Shown here: piece by piece, positions 11,301 to 24,078 of the stretch
Position numbering within the stretch: the first letter of the stretch is position 1
Layout of the letters: every line of letters starts with the position of its first letter
NCBI GenBank assembly: GCA_015680685.1
Contig: MNCI01000178.1
Coordinates: forward strand, 13,883-73,395
DNA length: 59,513 nt
Reading direction: 5' to 3'
Source: Gnetum montanum
Taxonomy: Eukaryota; Plantae; Gnetophyta
Notes under the pieces: generated by a model
The model's input: the letters and a program-made list of their open reading frames with translations, nothing else
Told to the model about the DNA's origin: nothing
The model's database searches: none
Translations under genes and position numbers: made by a program

Positions 11301-14300
11301 GAAAACAAGAAAAGAAAAGAGCTGAAAACTCATAGGAACTTCAACATAACAAAACTTCTATTACTCAACTTAAAGAAAGAGAGCTTCAATTATATGTTAT
11401 CATCAATTGTGAAATGAGGGGGAGATCCCCTATTTATACTTGAGGGGCTTGAGGATTCTGCCATAGTTGGTATACATTTAACATGAGAACTCATAAAAGG
11501 AAAGGTTCTCAACTATAAACTTCAACATAAAAACATAGCTTCTATCTATCACACGAACTCTAACATGACTTTTGAAACATAAGGAAAACTACATAACATG
11601 GGGACTAAACATAAAATTATCATGAAACATGGGAACATAAGAAGTTGAGTCAACATGAGGAAGTTCACATGGTTTACAACATGAACACACTCACACTATA
11701 CATAACTGTTAGGCATGAATGACTTGATGAGAGTTGTTTTTGTAACTACTCAGAAACACTTATAAAGATTTGTCAACATGGGCCAAGAATCTGTCATATG
11801 AGGATTAGTACCATGGTAGAAGTGAGAGTATTCTTGGGTCCATATCTATTTTGTGGATTTCTGAAATCTAAAGAATTGTTAAATTCTTGGTTTCTTGCTA
11901 GAATTGGTTCAATGACCTCATTGAATGCGCAATCCTTGGATTTGAATCTTGATTCTTATTTATATACTTTCTCAAGTTCAATTCTCTTATCCTTCTATGA
12001 GTTCAATGGAGTAGAGGAAATCTAGGGTGTTAAATTTATGTTAGTGATTTCTAGATTCTCTGTGGTTGGAAAATTGGATAGTTTGTTTAAAATTTAGTAG
12101 TGTGCTGTATATTATTTCAATTTAAAAGAGTTAAATTGAGATGATTTTGTATTGTGAATGTTGCTCAGAGAAAATAAAATGTTCTTATACCATTGAATGA
12201 ATTTAAAATTATTGATTTATATGTTTCTTGTGACTAATTTTTGGATTGAACAAATTTGTTAGAGTGATATTAGATATATTTTATACTTTGAGAAAATTAG
12301 AATTTGATTTTTAAATTAGAAAACTTACAGATCTGTACATTGTTTCAGAAGAATCTTGCATAGATTTTTACAGTAGCTATTTGTTTTTCATGATTGTCTT
12401 TTATTTCAGAAAAATAGTATTGGTTGAAATTAAAATCTGAATATGGTATTTTGTGTGTGTTAGATATGATTCATTTTACTTACCTTTCATTGTTGTTCAT
12501 ATACTAAAGAATTTGAGATTGTGCTTGAGGAGAATTATAATTTATTCTAGGGTTCTGTCCAAAACTTATGGTGGTTGATTAGAAATCAAAATTCATTTAT
12601 TCATTATGGTTTGTTGATTTTTGATAGTTGTAGTTACTTTGATTCTTTCATTCAATAATTTGATTTGTAAATTATTGTTTCATATGATTCTTGTGCTTGG
12701 TGGCTAGCTGTTCATTTAAACAAGTTTGTTAATGTGCACTATCTAATTTTTGATTTTCCTTTTTTGCTGAACCATGAATATTGTATCATTGATAGCAATA
12801 TTGTGAGTAAATGCAGATATGGTTTTGCAGTTGCCATAGTTTTATTATTTTTCAATTGCAATTTATTTGTTTGATGAATAATATGTTTTCCTACAATTTG
12901 ACTCTCCACATGACTGATTAGGTTTCGCTATGCAAAGATTACTAAGATGAATTGGTTGAGTTAATTTGCTTGCAACTGAATTTGAAGGCTACGGATGTAA
13001 TTTCAAGTTTAGTTATCTTTACATTTGTATTGCACCCAAGGTGCATAGTGAACATCAAGAGATGTCAATCGATATTGGCATTCTCTTCTAGCTAGATCTT
13101 TGGGATGCTGTTTGCATTATATAATTTTTTATGTTTATATTTTACTTCTGAATTGATTGTTGGGAATACTGATCTGAATGCAACTTGAATTTCTAATGAC
13201 TGATTACTTGTTTGAAAAAAAATTTGCCCTTGCGTTTTCAGACAATATTTTGAAGGCTTCCATGTTAACTCTTGCTCCCTAGCAATGGGTGTTACAGCAT
13301 GGAATATACAAATTCCTTATATTTTGTTGTTTCCTACCTTGCTAAGTTGTAAATTGTACAAACAACTACCTGATTGCAAAGGATAAAAGTTGAATAAGAA
13401 GAAATAAATGCATCTTTCCAGAGTGGGACATGTTAACGTTCTAATCCATATGTTTAATATTCTTATTTTTATAAAATGGTTTTAAAAATTAGTCCAAAGA
13501 ATTAGCATACCAAACATTCCAAGGCATTTTCAACTTCTGACCCATTGGTGACTAACCAACCCAAGTCACTGACAAGATGACTTAGTTTGACAACCCTCCT
13601 AATTTTCTCACCTTTTAAACATTGATTGATTTCTTAAGAGTAGCAAATCTGATTGAACAATATCTTAACTATGAAAACTGAATGATACAAGAGATGCAAT
13701 ACAATAGCATAAACAGACGAGTCAAAATTTCAAAGTGTTAGTAAGAAGGCTTCAAAGAATACAAACAACCAAACACTACTCAAGAGGGTTTTTAAAAATA
13801 CATTATTTTATTTATAGATTAATCTTGGTGTTTATTTATTTTATGTCTTTTCTTTTAAGGTTTTCAAATTCTTTTTTCCAGCATTCATTTTTATGACGTG
13901 GTTGCTACTGAATTGTTCCTTTCAAATCTCAGGTTCTTGTGGATGCTGAATGCACCCATGATGGCTCAATTAAACACATTGCGAAATATGAGAAGTGGGG
14001 ATGGTCTACACTAGAGCATCGTTTGTTGGCCGCTGAACGAATCAATTCGATAACCCATCTCCAAGTACATTTTATTTACCGTTCTAGAAGGCTTAAAGAG
14101 AGAATATATTTACAAATCCTTAATACATCTTATACATGTTTTAATTCTTAATGTCATAATTGAAGGTTTAAAGTCTTAAAAACAGTTGAGAGTGAAGTTC
14201 TTGAGACATAATCGATGGCTCTAATTGAATGCATTAGATATCTTTTGAGGTGTTTTTCTGAAAATTAATCGTTAGGATACTACAATATCATTTTAACTAA

Positions 14301-17300
14301 TATTCCAAGTTTTCCAAATTGTATCTCAGGGAAATATCCAGTGCTACACAGGAGGTAGCTCGCAGAAAAATTCTTGCAGTATCACACTTTCACTTTTGCA
14401 CTCCTAAACATGGATACTTGAAATGTGTCTGAAATCTTCAGTCAATGTTGAAATGTTGTCTAATAAGTTCCTAAATTATGGTAGTAATTATCTCATAACT
14501 TAATTTTATCTTATTTAAATGGTGCAATATATATATATGATATATTTTTTCATTGTTTGTTTTTCAATTCAGACATTGCATGCATTACCATTTCTCTCCT
14601 AAAGAACTGACCTTGTTCCAAAACTCATTATAGTGCGTTCTCTCCTGCTCCCTTTGCTTCCATGTTCCTCAAAAATGTGAAGCTTAGGAAATACCATTTA
14701 CTTTCTTTAGAAAATTTTAGCAAACTAGGAATGTGTAAAACAGCTTGCTCATGTATGCGAAGTTAAAAATTAAATCTTCATCTTGTTGTAAGCATATGAA
14801 AACTTTATTACAATAATATAGCCGGTTACGCTTGCTTAGTGTGAGTGAACACATTCATTTTGTGTAAATTTAAATAATTGTTATTCGAGGATAGATCTTT
14901 TAAATGTGACTGCAAGCATAGTTCGAGTTTAGAAAATTTACCTGTATTGAACAATTTTTATTTGACGACCACAGAAATTAAGTAGAAATTCCACATCATT
15001 GAGTAAATTGGAGACCTTTATTAGTTCGTTCTTTCATTTATGGTTTGATAAATTATTTGCACCTTCCTTGATGCAGTTACAGCTGTTAAGCAATGGATTT
15101 AAATTATTGAGGGCTGGTGGTATTCTTGTTTACAGTACATGCAGGTAAAGTTATCCGTTAGTAAACTTTTGTTGTAGACAAAGCATGATTCTCTAGTGCA
15201 TGCATATGTAATTCGTATTTCAGTTAATCCATATACTACAATTGTTGTTTCCAGCTTGACAACTGCACAGAATGAAGGTGTTATTGAAGCATTTCTTGCA
15301 GCATATCCTGATGCTGGTAAGCCAGACACAACAATTATAACTCATAACAAACAATAACTTGTACAGAATTCCAGTCAGACCCTTTCTTGTAACTCATAAC
15401 AAACAATAACTTGTACAGAATTCCAGTCAGACCCTTTCTTGTAACTCATAACAAACAATAACTTGTACAGAATTCCAGTCAGACCCTTTCTTGTGTGGAA
15501 TGTGGTAGAGATGTGAAAGCTAAAGTAGATGTTGGATTTCACTGTAAAAGATTGAATCAACTTTCTTATTAGGGAAAGGTTGGAAGTAGCACTCATAGAC
15601 GAGAAGATCAAGGAAAATTATTTTGAATGATTTGGTTATGATGAGGAGCTGGCCTCATCCAACCCCAAGTTGAAGCCAAATCCTACAAAAATGTTCACAC
15701 AATGGGACAAGAAAGAGCACCACATTTTATTCTTTTTTTGCAATGGAACAGAAATACAAAATTGCTAGAAGCAACATGCCCAAGGACAGACAAAGCTTCA
15801 TGATCCCATACATCACACTCACAGACACAATGGCTGTTAAGCCTTACAAGAATGGAAGCTCAAGATGAGCTCAATCTCACTCTCTCCTTACTTCTCTCTT
15901 CTCTCTTGGACCTCTCTCTCATCTCCATAAAATTCTCTCCCTTACAAAATGAAAGGCGCTTGAATACAAAATTATGGCTGTTATTCCCATCAGAGTAGAT
16001 GTCTTGGGGGTAGAGGAGATGCCTATCCTGAATTGAGACTGTTTGCAGAGGAGATATTTTGCACCAAAAGTAGATGTCTTATTCCAAGAGTAGACGTCTT
16101 GCAGATGATAGAGGCGTCTTTCTAGAATTGTTGGTCTGTGCAAAAGATGTCTGCTCCTAGAAGTAGACGTCTACACTCCAGACAAGATGTCTTGGCTTGG
16201 CCGGATATGTCTTCCTGGCAGAGTTGTCAATCAACAAGACATCCATGTTGAAGCTCACACTTGCTAAGTACTCCCAAAACCAACTCCCTAACCTTTAACA
16301 CCTGGAGATCATGCCAAAACACATAAATACAACAAAAAACACACATAAATAACAAGAAACACACAAAACAATTTGTTGAGGATAACACATGGGTTAGGTG
16401 ATGTCCTCATCAGGTTATATGCTAAGTAGACTAGAGAATGTACCTATTAGAAGAGGCCCCTTTATTAAGTTTGGGAAACAATGAAGAGGTAGACCTAAAT
16501 TTACATGGTTTATCATAAGCTTTCTCTAAATCAATCAAAATCATATGCAAATTCCTCTTCTTACATCTCACTTTTTTCATTGTCTATCTTAGCAAGAAAA
16601 TAGCTTCCATAGTTAATCTTCCGAGGATAAAACCAAACTGATTCTCAAAATTAGTTGATTCTTGCCCTAAACGATGTTCTATAACTCTTTTCCAAAACTT
16701 CATTAATATTAGGATTACTCTTTGTTATTTTCTTTGAATCCTTTTTAATGAAAAGGTCAAGCATCGTCATCCGAGCCTTATCCCAACTACATGGAATGGG
16801 CTATTTTAAACCAAGGTTGGCATGCTAATTCAACTGCTTTAAGTGATGCCACGAGACAAAGTTAATAGCATTAACCTTATCATTTTTGGAATGATACTTT
16901 CTAATATTATTGCACCCTTGAATTTCAGGAAATAAAGTTAGTAAAATTTGCAGGCATGAACAAGGTATTTCCAAAATGTGTTCCTTATTTTTACCTGACA
17001 AGATTTTTTAAATCAATTCAGTGGGTTTACTGTTCACTTTGTGAAAATATGCAGCATGTGACATAATGGAGACATGAGTAGTGTGAATGAGGCAGTAGAC
17101 ATACATCAACCTCAAAATCACTATCATCATTATTCTAGCCTTGTCTCAACAAAAAGGGGTTGGCTAATCCATCAACCTCAACAGCATAAATGAAATAAGT
17201 TAAATAAAATCACTACAGAGTGTCCGATAATGCAATGCATGTACGCATTTTAAACCATCTTAGGCATATGTGTGCAGAAAGTATCCTCAAATTATACTGC

Positions 17301-18343
17301 TGAGTTTCATGTAAATTTCAAGCTTGTTAGGCTTCTCTGCATTGAACTTAAAAATGTTAGGATTAGGTGAGTCAGAGACTCTGGGATTAGGTGAGCCGGA
17401 GACTCCGTGAGTTGTAGGAGATACAGTCCTATAAGCTTGCTTCAATCTTACATGCAACTCAATAGGTGGTGAATTAAATAATGTGGCTGAAGGACATTCT
17501 AGTGTTCAATTTCCCAGAGAGCCACATTCAATGGATTGAGTAGCATAGTGAGATATTGACGATGGTAATTTGCACTACTAAATCCCAAGAATGCATGTAT
17601 TATTGTATTCTAGTTTTGGAATCTGAGAATATGGAAGTAAGGCAGGAATAACTGAAGTAGAAATATTGATTGTATGGGACTGAAGAGATTCTTTTAATCA
17701 ATCAAGACAGAAAAAAGGTGAAGCATGGTGAGATAGCATCTGATGGACAGCAAATATATGTTCAAATGCAGGAAAAAAATTCTAAATTGCTTATCATAAA
17801 GTTCTATTGAAGATGTTGTATAGATGAACATATCTTTAATGGACTAAATATTGGAACAAAGGGTATCTTGAATGTGAAGATGATGCTTTTGTATAAAAAT
17901 TCCAAATAAAATTATGGTATTTAGGTACATGAAAACACTTATTACCTAGGTTCATAACCTTTGGAAAGCCAAAAATTCACATCTCTCATGGAAGCCACCT
18001 GCACTCAATAAAATGTTATTATCTTAAATTATGCAAAAGCACTCTCTTGACTGAGCAGTTCAATACTGACGTGTTAACTTTCGGCAGTTGTTTAGGATGC
18101 CAAAATGAGACCACAGAATTTTTAACTTTTTGTTTGGAATTTTATTATTTGTATTCTTGGGTTTATATTTATTATCCAGTGGTAACATTTTGTGATTTTG
18201 TGTGATGGCTAGAGCTGCAAGAAATTCCAGTTGCTAACAATTGGCCCTCTCGTGCTGGAGGCTTGAAGCACACTCTGCGATTTGATCCTCTCATCTCAAA
18301 CACAAGTGGACTCTTCATTGCAAAAATTTTTAAAAAGAAATGA
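2181..18343 (+). CDS. RCMT9: NOL1/NOP2/Sun-family RNA (cytosine-5)-methyltransferase, RCMT9-like; 9 exons, 414 aa
   Basis: Exons 2181-2305, 2434-2578, 4203-4293, 5568-5816, 5947-6188, 13933-14064, 15077-15144, 15255-15316, 18213-18343. All are GT-AG with compatible phases and total 1245 nt with no internal stop. Motifs: I (ILDLCAAPGAK), IV (YDKVLVDAECTHDGS), VI (GGILVYSTCSL..AQNE) and C-terminal TSGLFIAKI. The subfamily call rests on recalled similarity to Arabidopsis At5g66180 and is less certain than the family call. Confidence 0.93.
2434..2578 (+). CDS. m5C methyltransferase exon 2
   Basis: TAG acceptor; LKPGVEHEISDIENDLCCKLDPVSWLPGFFCIPSNVKIASSNAYKEGK; donor AAG|GTAAGG. Confidence 0.92.
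4203..4293 (+). CDS. m5C methyltransferase exon 3 (SAM-binding motif I)
   Basis: TTTCAG acceptor; IYGIDAASGAAVFALEVSNGEHILDLCAAPG; donor CAG|GTAAAG. Confidence 0.95.
5568..5816 (+). CDS. m5C methyltransferase exon 4
   Basis: TGCAG acceptor; AKHCMLAEFLENSGTLTGVDISMQRLAACRTMLQKY..RSRLFLADGTSF; donor AAC|GTATGA (3' boundary less certain). Confidence 0.85.
5947..6188 (+). CDS. m5C methyltransferase exon 5
   Basis: CACAG acceptor (in-phase alternatives give starts at 5962 and 5971); ..VPELVFYGKYSGVVGL..YDGYDK; donor AAA|GTATAG. Confidence 0.85.
6447..6609 (+). mobile_element. tRNA-derived SINE (Au-like), intron 5
   Basis: A box TGGAGTGATGGTAAG, B box GGGTTCAAGCC, 3' CCTTTTTTT; homologous to 52956-53128. 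Confidence 0.8.
10070..10502 (+). mobile_element. 3' fragment of a LINE with C-terminal zinc finger (RTEX-like)
   Basis: KYRNAISKLWLSSYHLKMESGRWIQLP**KHICRLCKSRALEDELHVFL, then AATAAA and a (TTCAA)n tail. Confidence 0.7.
10504..10790. repeat. Diverged ~146-bp tandem duplication at the start of an LTR-like repeat
   Basis: GAGAGAT..TGAATGAAAACAAA...GTAAACATAATTAGTTCA occurs twice in tandem. Confidence 0.85.
11741..13296. mobile_element. Possible solo LTR (TGTAAC...GGGTGTTACA)
   Basis: Inverted termini typical of Ty3 LTRs; no TSD found. Confidence 0.35.
13933..14064 (+). CDS. m5C methyltransferase exon 6 (motif IV)
   Basis: CTCAG acceptor; VLVDAECTHDGSIKHIAKYEKWGWSTLEHRLLAAERINSITHLQ; donor CAA|GTACAT. 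Confidence 0.94.
15077..15144 (+). CDS. m5C methyltransferase exon 7 (motif VI catalytic Cys)
   Basis: TGCAG acceptor; LQLLSNGFKLLRAGGILVYSTC; donor AG|GTAAAG. Confidence 0.94.
15255..15316 (+). CDS. m5C methyltransferase exon 8
   Basis: TCCAG acceptor; SLTTAQNEGVIEAFLAAYPDA; donor G|GTAAGC. Confidence 0.93.
15338..15493. repeat. Three perfect 52-bp tandem repeats at the start of intron 8
   Basis: TAACTCATAACAAACAATAACTTGTACAGAATTCCAGTCAGACCCTTTCTTG at 15338, 15390 and 15442. Confidence 0.97.
15639..16412. mobile_element. Solo LTR (774 bp) in intron 8
   Basis: Termini TGATGAGGA...TCCTCATCA; perfect 5-bp TSD GGTTA (15634-15638 / 16413-16417). Confidence 0.9.
17116..17169 (-). mobile_element. 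Ultra-short RTE LINE 3'-end insertion
   Basis: Reverse strand TAGCCAACCCC..TTGAGACAAGGCTAG plus (GAT)-like tail; 12-bp TSD CATCAACCTCAA (17104-17115 / 17170-17181). Confidence 0.78.
18213..18343 (+). CDS. m5C methyltransferase exon 9 (last)
   Basis: CTAG acceptor; ELQEIPVANNWPSRAGGLKHTLRFDPLISNTSGLFIAKIFKKK*; TGA at 18341-18343. Confidence 0.92.
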
Positions 18344-18435
18344 AGAACTGTTCAAATATACAGTCAGTAATGCAGCATGTTTGTAATTGTTTACACTAGT
18401 CATCCCTGCTCAACTCATGCAACTCAAGCAGTTAC

Positions 18436-18860
18436 AACATCATCATCTTAGCCATGTCCCAATGGCATGTGGTTGGTTACATGAGTTCCCTTTTGTCATT
18501 CACTCCATAATGTGCTAGAGCGTCTATTTACAATTTTTTCTTCCTTTTTCTTTTGTTTGAATTGGTTAGTTTTCCTCTTTATAAGTTTCTTGGAAATGTG
18601 ATGTGGGAACCTTTCTTGGGAGGTTCATTATTGAATATTTGTTGAGCTTGATCAAACTGGGTACATCATTCTTATAGCTTACCTATAATAGAATCCACTC
18701 CTATTCTTCATTTAATTTTTGTATTGTGAAATTTGTTGTCTTGTAATATTCAAGATCCATAGAAGCATTTACATTTCTATCACACTAGTTTGTTGCTCAT
18801 TTAAGATTTTTACAACTTGACATTTAGTACCATATAAAATAGTTGGCACACACTTACAAT
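18436..18860 (-). mobile_element. 5'-truncated RTE LINE just after the methyltransferase stop codon
   Basis: Minus strand PTILYGTKCQVVKILNEQQTSVIEM*MLLWI..RIGVDSIIGKL (RTE C-terminus); ends TTGGGACATGGCTAAGATGATGATG. Confidence 0.75.
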
Positions 18861-21247
18861 ACCGAAGTTTGAATGTGGAAGGCTAAATCTTATGAACAAT
18901 ATTCTAAAAATTGAGTTTATTATTATCCTCAAAAGGAGGTTTATTAAACTAAATTGTACTATGTGAAGACTCATAAGTTTAGTTAGATCATTACATTTTG
19001 TGTAATGGTTATATATTTTAGCATAACCCGATCAAACTTGTGATTTATAGAGTGATAAGTCTCAACCATTATTAAAGACATTAATAAAGCTATATGTTTA
19101 TGTATCATGCTTAAACTTAAGGTTTTATTTCATAATTATATGGAAGATGGTAAGCAAAGGGAATTCATTGTATTACTTATCTACCATGCATACATTTATT
19201 AAAATATAAGTCAATCTGAACAATAATGGATAAACAATAGTTTACATTTATTATTGATTGCTTCTTAAATTCCATGTATGGGTTAATGTTAATTCTTTAT
19301 TTGCCTTGAAATCTGAGCAAAAGTGGTGTGCATTTGTTTGCATATTTGTAATCTATACTATATAAATGACATGAACTTTGATAAAACATAAGCAAAATGT
19401 AAGGAGACAATCAATCATATAGTTAAAATGTTTATTCTTAGAAGGCAATCTTGTTTACAAGCTCATAAGCAAAAATTTGAAACATCTTTTAATAATTTTG
19501 TTTTAAATAAAATGCATGATTTTGTTTTTCTTGATAATGTAGATGAGTCATTGGTTGTTGATTTTACATGATATGTGTTCATTCAACTTTTGGGTCACTT
19601 GCCTCGAAATCCAAGTGTTATTTCACAATTAAATGGTGTGATGCAAAAGCATAACATTCAAGGTATTCATGTCAAGTATAATTTTCATTTTTTTAAAAAA
19701 AAATTGTTAAGTTAGGTAATTCTTCAATAATGCAACATGCTCTAGATGTAGGATCATATATATCTAAGCATATGATGTTAATCATCCATAAGTGGATGTT
19801 AAATTTTGATGCTCAATTTGAAGAACATTTCAAAGTCCCATATTTTGTTAAGCTATTTAATTTTCCATTGATTTTTTAAATAATTGAGCAGCAAATTTTC
19901 AGCTCCCATCGTCCCATTAAGCATATATACTATTTAGTTCTCACAAATGTTTTTTTATTGAAATTAATCTTTTAACTGTAAAAATGAATTCGTATTGCAA
20001 GTAGGTGGGAAGACTTACATTCAACCAATTACAAATTATAATCTTCTTAATTTAGCAATTTCTTCATTAGGAATGACATTTGTTTAATGTTTGTCTTCTT
20101 TAACTCAAGAAAAAGATGCTAAGAAAAAAACCATGTTGAATTTGAGGATAGGAAAAAAAAAATTCAAGCTAAAGATATGAAAAATTAATTAATGTTGATG
20201 AGCAACAAGTAGTCCTCCACCCAACCATATGAATCACAAGCGTGCACGAGCGATTTGATCGAAATCTGTGGACTTAGCGCCTAAGTGTGCCTATAGACAA
20301 AGATAGTGACTTGGGAAATATGATTGTTGTCTTTTTAGCTCTTTAATTCTGTAAGCTCATTTGTATGGTTAAGTGTGAGCCAAGGCATATTATATATATA
20401 TATATATATAATGTTTTTTAATCCTAAGTGTGAAAGTAAAGGTAATGGTTCTAAGCTAATAAGCCTACCATTAGTATCTGAGGCCCCTTTCTATGCACAT
20501 CCTAAACTTGTATCAATGCTACTAGGTTACCAAGTGTCAATTGCTGGATGTACCAAATAGCCATTGTTGGGATTACTAAGTGTTAATGGTATGTTCGAAG
20601 TGGTCATACTTATGTGTTTATTATTAAATGCATTAATTAAGGACAAGAATGTAAATTGCATGAATAATAAAGTGCATGAAAATAAACATTAATCTATTCT
20701 AAGTGCTCCAAAGAGTATCAAGAAGCTCATCTTTATTATTGTCACATCAATGTGTGGAGGTACAATGATGCTCGAATAAGGATCCGTACAATTCCTTGAA
20801 GTCCTATTACAGGTACTCAGAAAACATTCTAAATCTAGTGGAAAAAAAACTATAAGAGCTTGGTTACACTAATGACATAATGTGTCATAAATGTAATGGA
20901 TATGAGCATTTATATAGGCGTGACTAGACATTGCTTCGACACATCTTCTCATGCGTCGACAAGGTTGCATCAACGCATGCTTGTTGACGCACCTAATCGA
21001 TGATTCATCATACCCTCATAACTAAGTGAAAACTTGTCCTAGAGTGAATAAAAGTAGACTTGAGCTTCTTACAAAATTGGGAAGGTATGGGATTGTTGGT
21101 TGACTGACTCTAATTGACTAACTAACTTTGAGTGCCAAATTGTACGGAATTACAAAAATTACAAAAATGGATGTCCTTGACAACAAAATTGAACACCCTT
21201 ATAAGATGGTGACAAGAATCCTTTGGTTGCCAAATATGAGGTGAAGA

Positions 21248-24078
21248 TCATATAGTGCCAAGAGGTGGAGACTCTTGGGATGCTAAAGGATCTTCACCAG
21301 GCTCTAGCTCTTATGGTGATGGTGGTGATTGAAGTTGGAGTTGTCTTGTTGCAGTTGTTGCTTCAGGAGTTAAGCGAAAAGCATCTAACAATGTTTTCAT
21401 TTAATCCTTCTTACTCTGTGGGTTGTACATAGTCCACGTAGTGTCATTGATGTGGGCTAGTAGAAGGGCATCCCATGGATAGGGCATTATAGGGAACAAC
21501 TCCTTAACATTGATGAATCACACTGTGAATTGTTTTTGTTTGATGTCGAACATCTTGATGAGGTTTTGTAGTTCATGGTAGTCATTCATCTGTATGGCCT
21601 GTTCTCAACAATTGATTGTTGGTCAGTGAAATGGATCTTGAGAACTTCAAGCTCTGTGTTGGTTATCTCCAACTTTTGTTCTATCTCTTTATGGTGCTTG
21701 AATTTGGCCTCATAAAGGAGGTATGAAGTGGCCACTTATTTCTCCAACTCTATCCTTGGCCTCATTATAGTTAGCATCATCAAGTTTGCATATTGAAGGT
21801 TGGACAACTTCATATATTTTGTCATCTCTTCTATTTACAACTCCTTTAGGTGGATCTCTACTTTGTTGTATGTGTTTAAGCTATCAAAGATTGGCTACCA
21901 CACATCACCTCTTTGTTGGAGTTGTTGTAGTGTCTCGTTCATCTTCGCCTTAGCTAGTTGGATTTTCTTTTTCATTCACTTCTTTGATGAGCTCCACCTA
22001 GTCCCTGTAGTGATTTTTGACACGTTCAAACTTTAGGGCCTCACTTTTCTAGGTGGCTACCTCAATGGCTATCTTTTGATGAAGTGTCCAAACTTTCTCC
22101 ATAGAGAGATTTCGATTCTTAGCTATTAACCTTCTCAAATCTAGGTTCACCTTCGCTAGTTGCTCCTATTGCTATCTTACAAGTTTGACCATTTGGTCTT
22201 TTTGTTCCTTGACATTTCACATGCAATGAATGTCCTTTGTGAGGACAAAGGTTTCTTTAAGAGCTTGAGCCAAGTTCTTACTAGTGTTAAAGGCAAGTGC
22301 TTTTGATAAGGAGACGTTAAAGACCATCATCTCCTTAGCATTCTCAACCTCCTTCAATTTCTACTAAAGATAAAGGAAAGCTTCATCTTTGATGATTGCC
22401 TAGTTGAGAATGGTAGCATTAATGAGACAAGCCCTCAATTTTGTGACTTCAACAGCCAACCAATGATTTTCGATTATGGCTACCTCTAGTTGGACATTAG
22501 TTATTAGGAGCTTACCCTTTGTCTCTAGCAGCTCTAACTAGGTAGCGATGATTTCTTTTGGAAGATCAAAGATCTCTGGAAGCAGTTGCTTGGTTCTCAC
22601 TAGTTAGTCCAACACCTCCTTGTGTTGGGTTGCACTTAATTAACCAATTCCTACTCTTGCAGAAGCTTGCACATCTTTTAGGGCTGCTACGTCAAGCATG
22701 GTTGTTGTAGGAGCGCTCAATTCTTCAGCCACTATCACCACTTCTATCATTGTTTCCTATTCATGATGCTACATCACTAGGATAGTAGCCCCCTCACCTT
22801 CCTCCAGGCACACTGAGAAAGTCATGGTGTTCACAAAGATTTCAGATAACTCTTGCTATCCAGGGATGGACACTGTAACTTCTCGAGCACTTGGATTCGT
22901 TCTCACGGGCACTTGCATGCATTGTGTGAAAAACACTGGGGTAGTCTCTTCCAGCTAGCTCATGATTCTAGTAACTTCGTTGAAGTGGCTCAACATTGGC
23001 CAGTAGACTAATGGCTCCCCACCACTTGCCTTACCTTGTTGTTCTTACGATAGTTGTTCACAAAGTTTTTTGATTCTTTCAATAGCTACATAGGCCTCTT
23101 ATGTGGTCTCATCGATAGGTGGTGGTGGTGGCTACTCCTTTTGTAGTAGCTTGGTAGTTGCTTTGTCCTTCATCATCTCTTACTAGGATGTGATAGTAGC
23201 ATGATAAAGCATGTTGTTGCCATAATGGGCTATGCATTCCCTTTAGCAGAGTTTATAGATTAGGCATAGGAAGGGGAGTGTCTTCCTCCCTTGCTCATTC
23301 TCTTTAAAGCATTTCTCAATCTTGAGGTAAATGAGGTGAGGGAGGTTAACAAGGAAGTTGCTGTTTAGAGTGGCACATGCATGGGTGGAAAAGGTAGTCA
23401 TTGTTGGATTTAGGTAATAAACCAAAATCTTAAAATAGGCTTGCTCTACTTTAGTGAGAGCACTATACTCCTTATGGTCCATCCCATAGCACTATTGGAC
23501 CCATTCCTTCTTTGTGTCAGGGTCCACCTGAGTGGAGATCTTCACAAGTGTTGTCCCTATGTCAAGCAAGCCAAGGGCCTCCATGATGGCCTTAACTATT
23601 AAGAGACAGTTATGTCATTGATTTTGACAGTGGTGTCTCTGTACTAGTTGTTCCAGAAGAGCTATGTTTCTTCCATGTATCACTCTCCATTGGAAGAGAG
23701 AATGGACCACATGGGGGATCTCTACAATTAAGTTTGGACTTTCTTTGGCATCAAGTCCAAGAAGGGGCCAAAGTTAAGCTCTTGGAGAATTGAAATTTGA
23801 ACCTCCTTGGAATAAAGTTTTTCTTAGTAGGCCTCAGTCAATTTGACCTCAATATTAGGCCTTGGCCCTAGTGCCTCATATTGCTATGATTGGCCAATCT
23901 CTATTGTGGAAATTTGATGAATAGATTCCACTTCAGGCTCCTCTCGAAGAGGCCCCATTGCATGGGTCTCAACCTCTTGTTCTTGAGGCTATTGTGGTTG
24001 CTGGTTCCTTCCTCCTCTTGCCCATTTCTTCCTTGGTCGAGATGGTCCTTCTCCTTGTGGTTCCCTCTTTGGTACCAT
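21248..24078 (-). pseudogene. Degenerate extra ORF (env-like position, ~940 codons) downstream of pol
   Basis: Starts MVPKREPQGEGPSRPRKK, includes ORF 23243-23482 and a long E/K/L/Q-rich C-terminal half, and ends ..SPPLGTI*. Homologous to the plus-strand copy 33240-35104, which ends ..PPSPMTI*. Confidence 0.75.

Larger units (their letters stand above)
6845..13624. mobile_element. hAT-type TIR element (no transposase seen) with nested insertions, filling most of intron 5
   Basis: TIR CAATGTTTAAA(C/A)GGTG at both ends (15/16 match; fits hAT YARNG). 8-bp TSD ATTGATAT (6837-6844) / ATTGATTT (13625-13632). Confidence 0.72.

Noticed and set aside
15338-15493. CRISPR-like array (also 57473-57680)
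   Set aside because: The repeats are head-to-tail with no unique spacers, there are no cas genes, and the context is eukaryotic.
18900-20190. Possible spliced gene remnant
   Set aside because: The frames I examined contain stops and no recognisable motif; left unannotated.
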